Shown here: one piece after another, positions 1 through 10,244 of the stretch | Layout of the letters: each line of letters begins with the position of its first letter | Position numbering within the stretch: the first letter of the stretch is position 1 | Source: an uncultured Pseudomonadota bacterium | Lineage (GTDB): Bacteria > Pseudomonadota > Gammaproteobacteria > Ga0077536 | DNA length: 64,000 nucleotides | Direction of reading: 5' to 3' | Assembly (NCBI GenBank): GCA_903825645.1 | Contig: CAIKBL010000041.1 | Span: 8,375 to 72,374, forward strand | Program-made: the position numbers and the translations under genes | Notes under the pieces: generated by a model | The model's input: only the letters and a program-made list of their open reading frames with translations | What the model was told of the DNA's origin: nothing | The model's database searches: none

Positions 1-7
1 GACCAGC

Positions 8-1927
8 CTAGCGTTGCTCCTCGACGATAACAGGCGGGCGCAGCGCATTGCGCAGCATGTCAAATAGCCATTGCGTTTGTTCAAATCCTTGGGCAATTTG
101 AAAAAGCGCCACCCTCTGCTTGGGCTCGTCGGGATGTCCGCAATCGGTGCGGAGATCCTCGAGCAGGTGCTCGTGTGCATCAACTAAGGCCGAAAATTTC
201 GCCACTGACGCCGTGTCTCTAAGGGCCAGCGCTTCAATCATGGCATCCAGCATTGACGCTAATCCCTCAACGGCCGCCATAAAATACTGGCCAGACTGTA
301 CGCCCCGATCCGCTGTGCAGAGCCGCTGGCATAACTGGCGGAGACTATTTTCAAGGTAACCTAAAAAGCCCAACTCATTCTGGAGCCGAATAAATTGTGC
401 GCTAGTGCCGGGACAAAGCGTTTGCCCGGCGATCTGCTTCTGGAATGATTCAATGGAGATCGCAACCGATCTGAACGGGACCAGTATTTGTTGTAACTGT
501 TGACTCGCCTCAACACCGGAGCTGGAGCGCATCACCGCACAGTACGCTTTGAGTTTCCGCGCCAGTCGTAACACTTCGTTTTCAACCGCGTCGAGTGCCG
601 TATGTGGATCGGCCAATGCCGCTTCACAAATGAATTGAGCCGTCGCCGGATCTTGTAATACTTCGCTTTTTGGTATTTTTAGCAAAGCCCAGCTCATCAA
701 CGGGACCGCCAAAATGACCGTTACCACCGCCATAACGACGATGATGGAGTACATCTCCCGAGACAAAAGCCCGATGGACAGTCCCAGCGTAGCGATAATG
801 ATCTCGGTGCCTCCGCGCGCATTCATGCCGAAACCCAGCGCTATGCGCTCCCAGATAGACAGTCCGCCTGCCCGTGCGCCGAGGTAAACGCCAACGAGCT
901 TGCTGCCGAAAGCGATCAGGAGCACGCCCAGCAATATGCTGAAGGTGCTCCACTGATCAAGCACGCTCCAGAGATTCAAGCGCAGCCCGGCAAGCCCAAA
1001 GTAAAGCGGCGCAAGAAAAGAGGAGATCACGAGAGTGAGTGCGTGCACTGCATTTTTTTGCAGGGAGGGTACCGTCCCCACTAAGATGCCGACGACGAAA
1101 ATGCCTAGCGCAAATTCAAGGCCTAACCAACTGGTAATCAGACTCCCGGCAATGCCAAAGGTGATCAGGACTGAAAGTTGTGCCGATGCACCGGGTGAGA
1201 TGCCGTTGTGCCAAGAGATGAATTTTTTCATCAAAGGACGGCCGACCGCATAGCTGAAACCGATAAAAATCAAAGCCGCTCCCGTAGTTTTCGAGGCAGA
1301 CAGGGCGTCAAAATGCCCCGTCAGATACAGGCTGGTCATCACGGCAACCAAAATCCAAGCGATAACATCATCCAGCATCGCCGCACCCAACGCGATCTGG
1401 CCGATCTTGTGCTGCATCATGTTTTTGTCGCGAAGGATCATCGCAATGGGTGGCAGCGCGGAAATCGACATGGAGACGGCCATAAAAAGCGAGATCACGA
1501 GGCGATCGGAAGGCTTGGACAGCAGATATTCGGGCACGTACATGCCGAGGGCAAAGCCGGCAATCAGAGGAACGATTAAGCCACCCGCCGAAACCAAAAA
1601 GCTTTGCCTGCCGTAGCGCTGTAATACGTTCAAATTCACATCGAGGCCTGCTTCCATCAGAAAAAGCAGGAGACCTACCCAGGTGATCGCTGACAACATG
1701 TCAGCCTGAGTCTGTTCGGGTTTAAATACTAGGATCTGCAGTTCGGGAAGCCAGTGCCCGACGATCGAAGGTCCGAGCAAGATCCCGCCCAAGATGTTGC
1801 CGATTAGCGCGGGTTGTTTCCAGCTTTTCACCAAACGGCCCCCGATATAGGAAACCACGAGCAGTACAGTGAGTTGCAGAAGAAAGTTTTCGATCGCGCC
1901 GTGCGTCAGTGGTCTAAGGACGGTCAT
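8..1927 (-). CDS. CPA2-family monovalent cation:proton antiporter (Kef-type; ~12 TM N-terminal exchanger domain plus ~200 aa soluble C-terminal domain)
   Basis: 639-aa ORF with stop inside window; N-terminus is a multi-TM Na+/H+ exchanger-like domain (GNILGGILLGPS, many hydrophobic helices); C-terminal third is hydrophilic. Confidence 0.75.
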   Translation of the reverse strand: MTVLRPLTHGAIENFLLQLTVLLVVSYIGGRLVKSWKQPALIGNILGGILLGPSIVGHWLPELQILVFKPEQTQADMLSAITWVGLLLFLMEAGLDVNLNVLQRYGRQSFLVSAGGLIVPLIAGFALGMYVPEYLLSKPSDRLVISLFMAVSMSISALPPIAMILRDKNMMQHKIGQIALGAAMLDDVIAWILVAVMTSLYLTGHFDALSASKTTGAALIFIGFSYAVGRPLMKKFISWHNGISPGASAQLSVLITFGIAGSLITSWLGLEFALGIFVVGILVGTVPSLQKNAVHALTLVISSFLAPLYFGLAGLRLNLWSVLDQWSTFSILLGVLLIAFGSKLVGVYLGARAGGLSIWERIALGFGMNARGGTEIIIATLGLSIGLLSREMYSIIVVMAVVTVILAVPLMSWALLKIPKSEVLQDPATAQFICEAALADPHTALDAVENEVLRLARKLKAYCAVMRSSSGVEASQQLQQILVPFRSVAISIESFQKQIAGQTLCPGTSAQFIRLQNELGFLGYLENSLRQLCQRLCTADRGVQSGQYFMAAVEGLASMLDAMIEALALRDTASVAKFSALVDAHEHLLEDLRTDCGHPDEPKQRVALFQIAQGFEQTQWLFDMLRNALRPPVIVEEQR

Positions 1928-2074
1928 GATGAAATTCCGGCTGATGGTTCAAAATCAGTTCATTGTGCTCTGAACCAATGTATTCTTTGAAATAGGAAAA
2001 ATCTATCTACTCACCTGCATTCGAAGATTTTTAATCGCTTCAACGAGCTTGTTCCCAACGCTGATGAGATCATA

Positions 2075-2150
2075 TGGCGCTCCCTAGGGGACTCGAACCC
2101 CTGTTTTCGCCGTGAGAGGGCGACGTCCTAGGCCACTAGACGAAGGGAGC
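2075..2150 (-). tRNA. tRNA-Glu, anticodon CUC
   Basis: Reverse complement reads GCTCCCT-TC-GTCT...ACG-T-CGCC/CTCTCAC/GGCGA-AAAC-AGGGG-TTCGAGT-CCCCT-AGGGAGC-GCCA; cloverleaf folds by hand; loop CUCUCAC gives anticodon CUC; encoded CCA end; overall close to E. coli tRNA-Glu. Confidence 0.85.
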
Positions 2151-2196
2151 AGAGCGACCGGGGTGCTATTATAGGGGTGGAGCTACCGACGACGCT

Positions 2197-3612
2197 ATGG
2201 TGGCGCTAATCATGGCCGCCGCTGGCACAACAAAGGCATTGGGAGACTCATTGAATCAAGAATCCACTTCGGGCGCGGAAATCATTCCGCTGCAACCTCG
2301 CCCCCGGATCTATACACGATCGGAGCACCCGATCTCCCGCAAATTTATCGCGGATAGTGCGCTCAAAGTACTCTATCGCCTGAACAAGGCGGGGTATCGC
2401 GCGCTCCTAGTCGGTGGCAGTGTCCGCGATTTGCTCTTGGGCCACCAACCCAAAGATTTCGACGTCGCCACCGACGCCTTGCCGGAACAAGTCCGCGAAT
2501 TATTTCGGAATTGCCGCCTGATCGGTCGCCGCTTCCGGCTCGCCCACGTCCAATTCGGAAGCGAAATCATCGAAGTCGCGACGTTTAGGGCCGCCCATGA
2601 TGGCGACACGGACGGCGCCGCCATGACTGATGACGGGCGGATCTTGCGCGACAACGTCTATGGCACGCTAGACGACGACGTTTGGCGCCGAGACTTCACC
2701 GTTAATGCCCTGTACTACGATATCGCCAATTTTTCGATTGTCGATTACGTGGGCGGCGTCGAAGATCTGAAGGCGAACCGGTTGCGCCTGCTGGGCGATC
2801 CGGAAAAACGGTTCAGGGAAGACCCGGTGCGTATGCTGCGTGCCGTGCGGTTTGCAACCAAATTAGGTTTTGAAATTGACGCCGCCACCCTGGCCCCCAT
2901 TAATCGCTTACGCCACTTGCTCAATGATATTGCACCCGCCCGATTGTTCGACGAAATACTCAAGCTCTTTCATGGGGGGTTCGGACGGGCAAGCTTCGAA
3001 ATATTGCGCAAATACGGTCTTTTCCACTGTCTTTGCCCGCTCACAGACCAATCACTGGAGGGAAACGAAGGCGCCTTTGTACAGCAGCTGCTGACCGCCG
3101 CTTTCGACAACACGGACCGGCGCATTGCGGACGGCAAGCCAGTAACGCCTGCCTTCCTGTTTGCAGCGCTCCTATGGCAAAGCATGGAGGACGAGGCGGC
3201 CGCTAACGTTGCCAACGGACTAAACCTACTGGATGCAATTCAGCTCGCCGCAGATACCGTCATTTCGAAACAGGTGGCGCGCATTGCCATCCCGCGACGT
3301 TTTTCGAACATCACGCGGGAGATCTGGGTGTTGCAACCCCGTCTCGTTAAACGAACGGCGAAGCGCGCGCCGCGCCTGATGGAACACCCGCGTTTTCGTG
3401 CTGCCTACGATTTTCTGCTCCTCCGCGCGCAGGCAGGAGAGCCGATCCAGGAAGCCGCGGACTGGTGGACCCAATTTATCGAGGCCGACGATCCGAGCCG
3501 ATCCAAACTGCTTGAAGCAGCGCCCCCTGATGCCGCACGACCTACGCGTCGACGCCGACGCCGGGGCGGTAGTGGCCGGAATAGAACTCCCGCGCCGGTG
3601 ACCGACGGCTAG
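2197..3612 (+). CDS. pcnB: poly(A) polymerase I
   Basis: YRLNKAGY..LVGGSVRDLLLG..PKDFDVAT...RNCRLIGRRFRLAHVQFG motif block typical of PcnB; basic C-terminal tail; followed by folK as in E. coli. Confidence 0.9.
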   Translation: MVALIMAAAGTTKALGDSLNQESTSGAEIIPLQPRPRIYTRSEHPISRKFIADSALKVLYRLNKAGYRALLVGGSVRDLLLGHQPKDFDVATDALPEQVRELFRNCRLIGRRFRLAHVQFGSEIIEVATFRAAHDGDTDGAAMTDDGRILRDNVYGTLDDDVWRRDFTVNALYYDIANFSIVDYVGGVEDLKANRLRLLGDPEKRFREDPVRMLRAVRFATKLGFEIDAATLAPINRLRHLLNDIAPARLFDEILKLFHGGFGRASFEILRKYGLFHCLCPLTDQSLEGNEGAFVQQLLTAAFDNTDRRIADGKPVTPAFLFAALLWQSMEDEAAANVANGLNLLDAIQLAADTVISKQVARIAIPRRFSNITREIWVLQPRLVKRTAKRAPRLMEHPRFRAAYDFLLLRAQAGEPIQEAADWWTQFIEADDPSRSKLLEAAPPDAARPTRRRRRRGGSGRNRTPAPVTDG

Positions 3613-3617
3613 ATTAG

Positions 3618-4115
3618 ATGGGTGTATCGGTGGTGACCTTTATCGGGATCGGCAGCAATCTCGAAGATCCGAAGCGTCAGGTGCTCACGGCATTCGGTGA
3701 ACTCGCCGCGGTCCCTGGTAGTGCCGTGCGCGCGCGTTCTTCCCTCTACCGAACCCCGCCGATGGGTCCGTCCGAACAACCCGATTACGTGAACGCGGTC
3801 GTCGAACTGATCACCCGACTTCCCCCTCACGAACTGCTCGTGGAACTACAGCGCATTGAGCAGGCACATGGTCGAATCAGGGGTGCCCGGTGGGGTCCTC
3901 GAACCCTGGATCTCGATCTACTCATTTTCGGTCAGGAAAAAATCGATAACGACACCCTGCAGGTCCCCCATCCCGGACTCGCGCAGCGTGCTTTCGTGAT
4001 CGTCCCGCTCGCCGAAATCGCCCCTCATGTAGAAATCCCAGGACTACCCAACGCCGCTACCCTTGAAAAACAGCTATCGACCACCGCGCTGTCCCAGTTG
4101 CAGCGAATACTATGA
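3618..4115 (+). CDS. folK: 2-amino-4-hydroxy-6-hydroxymethyldihydropteridine pyrophosphokinase (HPPK)
   Basis: IGIGSNL...YRTPPMGP..QPDY.NAVV...RWGPRTLDLDLL motifs; size 165 aa; conserved position after pcnB. Confidence 0.9.
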   Translation: MGVSVVTFIGIGSNLEDPKRQVLTAFGELAAVPGSAVRARSSLYRTPPMGPSEQPDYVNAVVELITRLPPHELLVELQRIEQAHGRIRGARWGPRTLDLDLLIFGQEKIDNDTLQVPHPGLAQRAFVIVPLAEIAPHVEIPGLPNAATLEKQLSTTALSQLQRIL

Positions 4116-4792
4116 AAACACCTCGTCATATTGCGGTTGAGGGCCCCATCGGGGTCGGTAAAACGAGCCTTACGCGGCGCCTCGCGACGACTCTTAACGC
4201 CGAAACGCTGTTCGAGGCTGCGGCGGAAAATCCGTTCCTCCCCCAGTACTACGCTAACCCTGAACGACACGCGCTCGCGACGCAACTGTACTTCCTGTGT
4301 CAGCGAACCCCGCCATCAAGGCCGAAAGCGCCAACTGACGCTTCTACGCGGAGATTGGTCACGGATTTCATCTTCGAAAAAGACCGGTTGTTCGCCAAAA
4401 TAACCCTAGAACAGGCCGAATACGCGCTCTACGAAGAAATATTCAGGCGTTTTGCGCCGGAAGCACCCGCACCCGATCTGGTTATCTACTTAGCGGCACC
4501 GATGCCCATACTGCGTGCGCGCATCCGACAGCGTGGGATCGATTACGAACAATCGGTTGATGATCGCTATCTGCAACGAGTGTGCGAAGAATATGACGCT
4601 TTCTTTTTCGCCTATAAGGCAGCGCCGGTGCTGCGGGTGGACACCACGGAGATCAATTTACGAGACAATGACGTGCATTATGCGAGCCTAGTTGCCCAAT
4701 TAGCGCGCGGCATGGACGTCAATCGCGCCTTCTGCATCGACACGTCGCCGGATCAGACCTTGGGCAATGACTCCCCTCGCGTGACGATTTAG
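4112..4792 (+). CDS. deoxynucleoside kinase (dAK/dGK family P-loop kinase)
   Basis: N-terminal IAVEGPIGVGKTSL P-loop, ~226 aa, dNK-family layout; ATG overlaps folK stop (ATGA). Confidence 0.75.
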   Translation: MKTPRHIAVEGPIGVGKTSLTRRLATTLNAETLFEAAAENPFLPQYYANPERHALATQLYFLCQRTPPSRPKAPTDASTRRLVTDFIFEKDRLFAKITLEQAEYALYEEIFRRFAPEAPAPDLVIYLAAPMPILRARIRQRGIDYEQSVDDRYLQRVCEEYDAFFFAYKAAPVLRVDTTEINLRDNDVHYASLVAQLARGMDVNRAFCIDTSPDQTLGNDSPRVTI

Positions 4793-4839
4793 AGTTAGAT
4801 TACACTTGCACGCCCGTGGGAGCGCAGAGTACAAGGCTT

Positions 4840-5709
4840 ATGAAAACCGTTTATTCGCTTGAAGATTTACGCACACAGATTCAGTGCTGGCGACGTGAGA
4901 GCGCGCGCATTGCGCTGGTTCCAACCATGGGCAATCTGCATGCAGGGCATATCTCGCTGCTGGAACGGGCGCGCGCGCTCGCGGATCGCTCGGTAGTCAG
5001 TATCTTTGTAAACCCGATACAGTTTGGTAAAGGGGAAGACTACGCCAAATACCCCAGCACACTCGATGCGGACATGGAAAAACTAGGTGCCGCTGGTCTC
5101 GATCTGCTCTTTGCTCCGAATCTTGCAGAGCTCTATCCAGGCGGGATAGAAGAAGATACGCGGGTCACGGTGCCGGGCCTGTCAGCTATTTTGTGCGGAC
5201 AATTTCGACCGGGGCATTTTTCGGGCGTGGCAACGGTGGTCACTAAGCTATTTAACAATGTCCAGCCGGACGTCGCTCTTTTTGGCGAAAAAGATTATCA
5301 GCAGCTGCTGGTGATCAAGCGCATGGCGCACGATCTGCTGCTGCCGATCGAAATTCTGGGAATGCCGATTGTGCGGGAAAGCGACGGTTTGGCAATGAGC
5401 TCGCGCAATGCTTACTTGAGTCCGCTAGAGCGGGGCCGTGCTCCACGTATTTACGCGGCGCTGCAGGAAGCTGCCACGAAATTGAGCAAAGGAGCCCAAT
5501 CGATTATCGCTATCGAAACCGCAGCCATGGCCGATCTCGCGGCGGCCGGCTTCAGGCCCGAATATTTCAGCGTACGTCGACCCACCGACCTGAGTAGCCC
5601 GCAACTGGGAGACACTAGCGTGCAAATCCTGGTCGCCGCATGGCTGGGAAGCGCTCGCCTGATCGATAATCTCCACGTCGCGCTTGATCAGCCACTCGCC
5701 ATCCTGTGA
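4840..5709 (+). CDS. panC: pantoate--beta-alanine ligase
   Basis: ALVPTMGNLHAGHISLL (HIGH-like motif of PanC), FVNPIQFG, 290 aa; start taken at ATG 4840 (MKTVYSLEDL), the ORF track starts at 4816. Confidence 0.9.
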   Translation: MKTVYSLEDLRTQIQCWRRESARIALVPTMGNLHAGHISLLERARALADRSVVSIFVNPIQFGKGEDYAKYPSTLDADMEKLGAAGLDLLFAPNLAELYPGGIEEDTRVTVPGLSAILCGQFRPGHFSGVATVVTKLFNNVQPDVALFGEKDYQQLLVIKRMAHDLLLPIEILGMPIVRESDGLAMSSRNAYLSPLERGRAPRIYAALQEAATKLSKGAQSIIAIETAAMADLAAAGFRPEYFSVRRPTDLSSPQLGDTSVQILVAAWLGSARLIDNLHVALDQPLAIL

Positions 5710-5717
5710 GCCAATCG

Positions 5718-6470
5718 ATGCGCAATTCCCTCACCGCGGGACTCCTGATCATTGGCAACGAAATCCTGTCCGGCCGAACCCGCGAGGCGAATCAGCAAAC
5801 ATTAGGCGAAGCGCTCGCACGCCACGGGATTCGTCTCAAGGAAACACGCGTAGTGGAAGATAGGCAAGAGGCAATTGTGCAGGCCGTGAATGCCCTTCGC
5901 GCAACTTATGACTTCGTATTCACGACTGGCGGTATAGGGCCCACGCACGATGACATTACCACCGAATCTATTGCCGCGGCCTTCGGACGAGTGATTCAGG
6001 AAGTTCCGGAAGCGGTCCGCCGGTTGCGAGAATATTACGGCGCTGAGGGGATGAACGAAGCCCGTCTAAAAATGGCACGCGTGGTTGCCGGTGCACATTT
6101 ACTGGATAATCCGGTAAGTGCCGCGCCCGGTTTCAGGATTGAAAATGTCTACGTCCTGCCCGGGGTGCCACGTATCCTCCAAGCCATGCTACCCGGAATT
6201 TTGAGCGGCCTTCCCGATGGCGTGCCGATCAGGAGTACTTCGGTGACGGGGTGGTTACGGGAAAGCGAAATCGCCGAGGAGTTAACCGCCATCCAGGCGG
6301 CCTTCCCGCATTTGGACATCGGAAGTTATCCCTTTGTGCGCGACAATCGCCTGGGGACTTCGCTGGTCGTGCGGGGAACCGATGACATAGCCCGCGTGGC
6401 CGCGGTCAACACTATTACCGAGATGTTGAGCACCCACGGGGTGGAATCGTCGATCGAGCCGACCGTCTGA
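5718..6470 (+). CDS. CinA-like molybdopterin-binding (MoCF-biosynthesis) domain protein
   Basis: LIIGNEILSGRT...TTGGIGPTHDD motif of the CinA N-terminal/MoaB-MogA-like fold; no C-terminal deamidase domain. Confidence 0.7.
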   Translation: MRNSLTAGLLIIGNEILSGRTREANQQTLGEALARHGIRLKETRVVEDRQEAIVQAVNALRATYDFVFTTGGIGPTHDDITTESIAAAFGRVIQEVPEAVRRLREYYGAEGMNEARLKMARVVAGAHLLDNPVSAAPGFRIENVYVLPGVPRILQAMLPGILSGLPDGVPIRSTSVTGWLRESEIAEELTAIQAAFPHLDIGSYPFVRDNRLGTSLVVRGTDDIARVAAVNTITEMLSTHGVESSIEPTV

Positions 6471-6587
6471 TTCTCATTACCGATGGGACGAGACCGAAGC
6501 GCCAAGTCGACTTCTGAAGTGTCCGTTTCTTTGCATTTTCATAGTCCCAGTGTAGTTTAAGACCTTAAGGCAAATTCTATTACCGCC

Positions 6588-7931
6588 ATGTCCAAACGCG
6601 TTTTTATCAAAACCTTTGGTTGCCAGATGAACGAGTACGACTCGCAGAAGATGGCCGACCTTCTGCACAGCGTGCATGGGATGCAAACAGTAGAACGCCC
6701 CGAAGAAGCGGACCTACTGCTGATGAATACCTGCTCCGTACGCGAGAAGGCATCAGAAAAACTGTTCTCTGAACTCGGTCGATGGCGGGAATTGAAAGAG
6801 GCACGCCCCGAAGTCGTGATTGGCGTAGGGGGTTGCGTGGCGAGTCAAGAGGGAACCGCTATTTTCGAACGGGCCCCCTACGTAGATTTGGTCTTTGGCC
6901 CCCAGACCTTGCATCGACTGCCGGAACTGTTCACCGCAGTTGCAGCGGGTCGCAAAAAGCTCATTGATGTGAGCTTCCCCGAGATCGAAAAATTCGATCG
7001 ACTACCGGAACCTCGCGCCGACGGCCCGACCGCATACGTTTCTATCATGGAAGGCTGCAGCAAGTACTGTACCTTCTGCGTCGTACCTTATACCCGTGGT
7101 GAAGAGTTCAGCCGTCCTTTTGATGATGTGATCGCTGAAATTCACGCGCTCGCCTCACAAGGGGTCCGTGAAGTCACGTTGCTCGGACAGAATGTGAACG
7201 CCTATCGGGGCCCGATGAGCGACGGAAGATTGATCGATCTTCCCGCTTTGATTCGTTTTGTGGCCGCTATCAAGGGAATTGAACGGATCCGCTACACCAC
7301 ATCGCATCCCATCGAATTCAGTCAGCGCCTAATTGACGTGTATGCGCTTGAACCCAAACTAGTGAGTCATGTCCACCTGCCGGTACAAAGCGGCTCAGAT
7401 AGAATCCTTGCACTCATGAAACGGGGCCATACCACACTCGAATATCTCTCAAAGATTAGAGCCTTACGCAAGATTCGCCCAGATATCTCCATCTCCTCTG
7501 ATTTTATTGTCGGCTTCCCAGGAGAGACCCAGACTGATTTCGACGCCACGATGAATCTTATTGATCAAGTCGACTTTGATTATTCCTTTAGTTTTATATA
7601 TAGCCCGAGACCGGGCACACCCGCATCGGGACTATCGGACACGCTGACACTGCTCGAGAAGAAACATCGTCTCGCGATCCTGCAGCGGCGAATAGAAGAG
7701 TTAGGACGTGAAAAAAGTCATGGCATGATAGGGTCTCGACAGCGCGTACTCGTGACCCGACCTTCCCGCAAGAATCAGGAAGAACTGGCCGCCCGTACGG
7801 ACAATAACCGCATCGTAAATTTCGCAGGTCCGGCCGATCTGATCGGGCAGTTTATAGAAGTCGAGATTGTGGAGGCTCATGCCAATTCCCTGCGCGGGAG
7901 ATTTCTCAATTCCGTAAAAAAAGCGAGCTGA
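6588..7931 (+). CDS. miaB: tRNA-i6A37 methylthiotransferase
   Basis: [15 protein letters not shown]-terminus, radical-SAM CxxxCxxC (CSKYCTFC), TRAM C-terminus; 447 aa. Confidence 0.92.
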   Translation: MSKRVFIKTFGCQMNEYDSQKMADLLHSVHGMQTVERPEEADLLLMNTCSVREKASEKLFSELGRWRELKEARPEVVIGVGGCVASQEGTAIFERAPYVDLVFGPQTLHRLPELFTAVAAGRKKLIDVSFPEIEKFDRLPEPRADGPTAYVSIMEGCSKYCTFCVVPYTRGEEFSRPFDDVIAEIHALASQGVREVTLLGQNVNAYRGPMSDGRLIDLPALIRFVAAIKGIERIRYTTSHPIEFSQRLIDVYALEPKLVSHVHLPVQSGSDRILALMKRGHTTLEYLSKIRALRKIRPDISISSDFIVGFPGETQTDFDATMNLIDQVDFDYSFSFIYSPRPGTPASGLSDTLTLLEKKHRLAILQRRIEELGREKSHGMIGSRQRVLVTRPSRKNQEELAARTDNNRIVNFAGPADLIGQFIEVEIVEAHANSLRGRFLNSVKKAS

Positions 7932-7944
7932 ATTGAACCCCGAA

Positions 7945-8892
7945 ATGACGACTACCGAGCTTACTCTCGAACCCTTTGAAAACGACCGCTTAGCTAATCT
8001 TTGTGGTCAATTTGACGATAATCTTCGTCTCATCGAACGACGCTTGGGCGTTGGAATCAGTAACCGCGGCAACGTGTTCAGTATTTCTGGAAGCGAAACT
8101 GCACGGGCCGTGACCCAGCAATTACTGCAAGACCTCTATGCCGCCACCGGCGAGCGGGCACTGGCGCCTGGTGATGTTCACCTACATTTACAGGAAACCG
8201 TCGCGGCGGGCTTCACGCCTGAATCTTCAGACGAATTTTCCCTACAGACACGGCGAACCTTAGTTCGGGCCCGCGGCGAAAACCAAAAACTGTATCTGCG
8301 CAATATAGAAGCACACGACATCAATTTCGGGATTGGCCCCGCGGGTACTGGCAAGACTTATCTGGCCGTCGCAGCCGCAGTCTCCGCTTTGGAAAATGAT
8401 CGCGTCCGGCGACTTTGCTTGGTAAGGCCAGCGGTAGAAGCCGGTGAACGTCTAGGATTCCTCCCGGGCGATATGGCCCAAAAAATCGATCCTTACCTTC
8501 GTCCTCTGTACGACGCTTTATATGAAATGTTGGGTTTCGAACGGGTCGCGAAACTTATAGAGCGTAATGTGATTGAGATCGCACCACTTGCTTTCATGCG
8601 TGGCCGAACGCTTAATGATGCCTTCATCATTCTTGACGAGGCACAAAACACCACCGTCGAGCAAATGAAGATGTTTCTCACACGCATCGGCTTCTGCTCG
8701 AAAGCGGTGATTACCGGCGATGTCACGCAAATTGACTTGCCGAGAGGCAAAGATTCTGGCCTCAAGCATGCGGTGGAAATAGTCCGTCAAGTGGAAGGGA
8801 TAAGCTTCACCTTTTTCAAGACTCATGACGTGGTGAGACATGCACTTGTCGCACGCATTCTGGACGCTTATGACGCCTTCGAGAACCGGTGA
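7945..8892 (+). CDS. ybeZ: PhoH-like ATPase
   Basis: GPAGTGKTYLAV Walker A, PhoH family; conserved miaB-phoH-ybeY-corC-lnt order. Confidence 0.9.
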   Translation: MTTTELTLEPFENDRLANLCGQFDDNLRLIERRLGVGISNRGNVFSISGSETARAVTQQLLQDLYAATGERALAPGDVHLHLQETVAAGFTPESSDEFSLQTRRTLVRARGENQKLYLRNIEAHDINFGIGPAGTGKTYLAVAAAVSALENDRVRRLCLVRPAVEAGERLGFLPGDMAQKIDPYLRPLYDALYEMLGFERVAKLIERNVIEIAPLAFMRGRTLNDAFIILDEAQNTTVEQMKMFLTRIGFCSKAVITGDVTQIDLPRGKDSGLKHAVEIVRQVEGISFTFFKTHDVVRHALVARILDAYDAFENR

Positions 8893-9350
8893 ACATCACG
8901 CCTGTTCGACTCTCTCTTCAACGGGTCTGCCGCGGTGCGGGTCCCGCGAGAAGTGACCTACTCAGATGGGTACGGGAGACGCTTTCCGGGAGAAAAACCC
9001 GGGCGGCTCTGACGATAAGAATTGTCGACGTGACAGAAAGTGCAGCGTTGAACGCTGCCTGGCGGCATAAATCAGGTCCGACAAATGTGCTGTCCTTCCC
9101 TATTACGGGCCTGGATCAATTTGCCCCAGAGCTCCTCGGGGATATCGTGATCTGTGCGCCTTTGGTTATATCGGAAGCCTGCGAGCAGGGGAAATTACCG
9201 CTGGCGCACTGGGCTCATCTGGTGGTCCATGGCACGCTTCATCTTCTAGGTTACGACCACATAGAGGAGAAAGACGCCCTGGACATGGAGTGTCTTGAAT
9301 GTGAAATACTTGCTCGACTCGGATTCCCGAATCCTTATCAGGAGCAGTAA
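8889..9350 (+). CDS. ybeY: rRNA maturation endoribonuclease YbeY
   Basis: HGTLHLLGYDH zinc-binding motif; 153 aa; GTG start overlapping phoH stop. Confidence 0.88.
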   Translation: MNITPVRLSLQRVCRGAGPARSDLLRWVRETLSGRKTRAALTIRIVDVTESAALNAAWRHKSGPTNVLSFPITGLDQFAPELLGDIVICAPLVISEACEQGKLPLAHWAHLVVHGTLHLLGYDHIEEKDALDMECLECEILARLGFPNPYQEQ

Positions 9351-9356
9351 GAAAAA

Positions 9357-10244
9357 ATGCGAGACGCCGATTCCGACAAATCGTCACATGCGCTCTTCTC
9401 GCGGATCGTAGAATCGCTTGTCCGTAGATTAGTTCGGCGCCTGCGGAGCCGTCTGAAGCACCGTTCTGAATTAGTGGAAATTCTGCGGGATGCCGAAGGT
9501 GAACACCTTATCGACGCGGATACAGCGAGCATGATGGAAGGTGCCCTACTCGTCTCCGAGCTCAAGGTGCGCGACATCATGGTCCCCCGTTCGGAGATGA
9601 TTTTCATTGAAATAGATGACTCCCCTCAGAAATTTCTACCCGCAGTCATCCGCTCGGCACATTCACGCTTTCCGGTAGTGGATGCTAAACATGAAAAAAT
9701 ACTGGGCGTGTTACTGGCAAAGGACATGCTGCCGCTCGCTGCCGATCCTAAATATATTTTTGATATCCGCGATGTTTTGCGACCAGCCGTCTTCGTACCA
9801 GAGAGCAAACGCCTAAACATCTTGCTTCGCGAATTTCGTCTGAGCAGAAATCACTTGGCGATTGTGGTCGATGAATATGGCGAAATTGCCGGGCTTGTGT
9901 CCATCGAAGATGTCATCGAACAAATCGTAGGGGATATTGATGATGAGTATGATGTCGATGACGAGGAATACATTCGACGACATCGCGCAAACCGCTTCAC
10001 GCTGAAAGCACGCACGCCTATCGAAAACTTCAATACCTTCTTCGGCAGCGCGTTGCCTGACAATCAGTACGACACGATAGGGGGCTTGGTGATTCATCAT
10101 TTTGGCCGAGTACCTGATCGCGGAGACACGGTCGAATTTGGCGGGTTCAACTTCAAAGTGCTTCGGGCAGACCGTCGACGCGTACAGGTATTGCGCGTGC
10201 TGCGGTTGCTGGCGCCACCGGAAGTGGATACTGACGATGGTTAG
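9357..10244 (+). CDS. corC: CorC/HlyC-family Mg2+/Co2+ efflux protein (CBS pair + CorC_HlyC domain)
   Basis: VRDIMVPRSEM CBS domains, C-terminal transporter-associated domain; conserved position before lnt. Confidence 0.85.
   Translation: MRDADSDKSSHALFSRIVESLVRRLVRRLRSRLKHRSELVEILRDAEGEHLIDADTASMMEGALLVSELKVRDIMVPRSEMIFIEIDDSPQKFLPAVIRSAHSRFPVVDAKHEKILGVLLAKDMLPLAADPKYIFDIRDVLRPAVFVPESKRLNILLREFRLSRNHLAIVVDEYGEIAGLVSIEDVIEQIVGDIDDEYDVDDEEYIRRHRANRFTLKARTPIENFNTFFGSALPDNQYDTIGGLVIHHFGRVPDRGDTVEFGGFNFKVLRADRRRVQVLRVLRLLAPPEVDTDDG

Noticed and set aside
10102-10236. Upstream in-frame extension of lnt (also of pepA 61433-61687 and holC 62827-63186)
   Set aside because: The extensions overlap the preceding gene or the divergent lptG. 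Homology begins at the internal ATG in each case, so these are GC-rich read-through of an open frame, not the real N-terminus.
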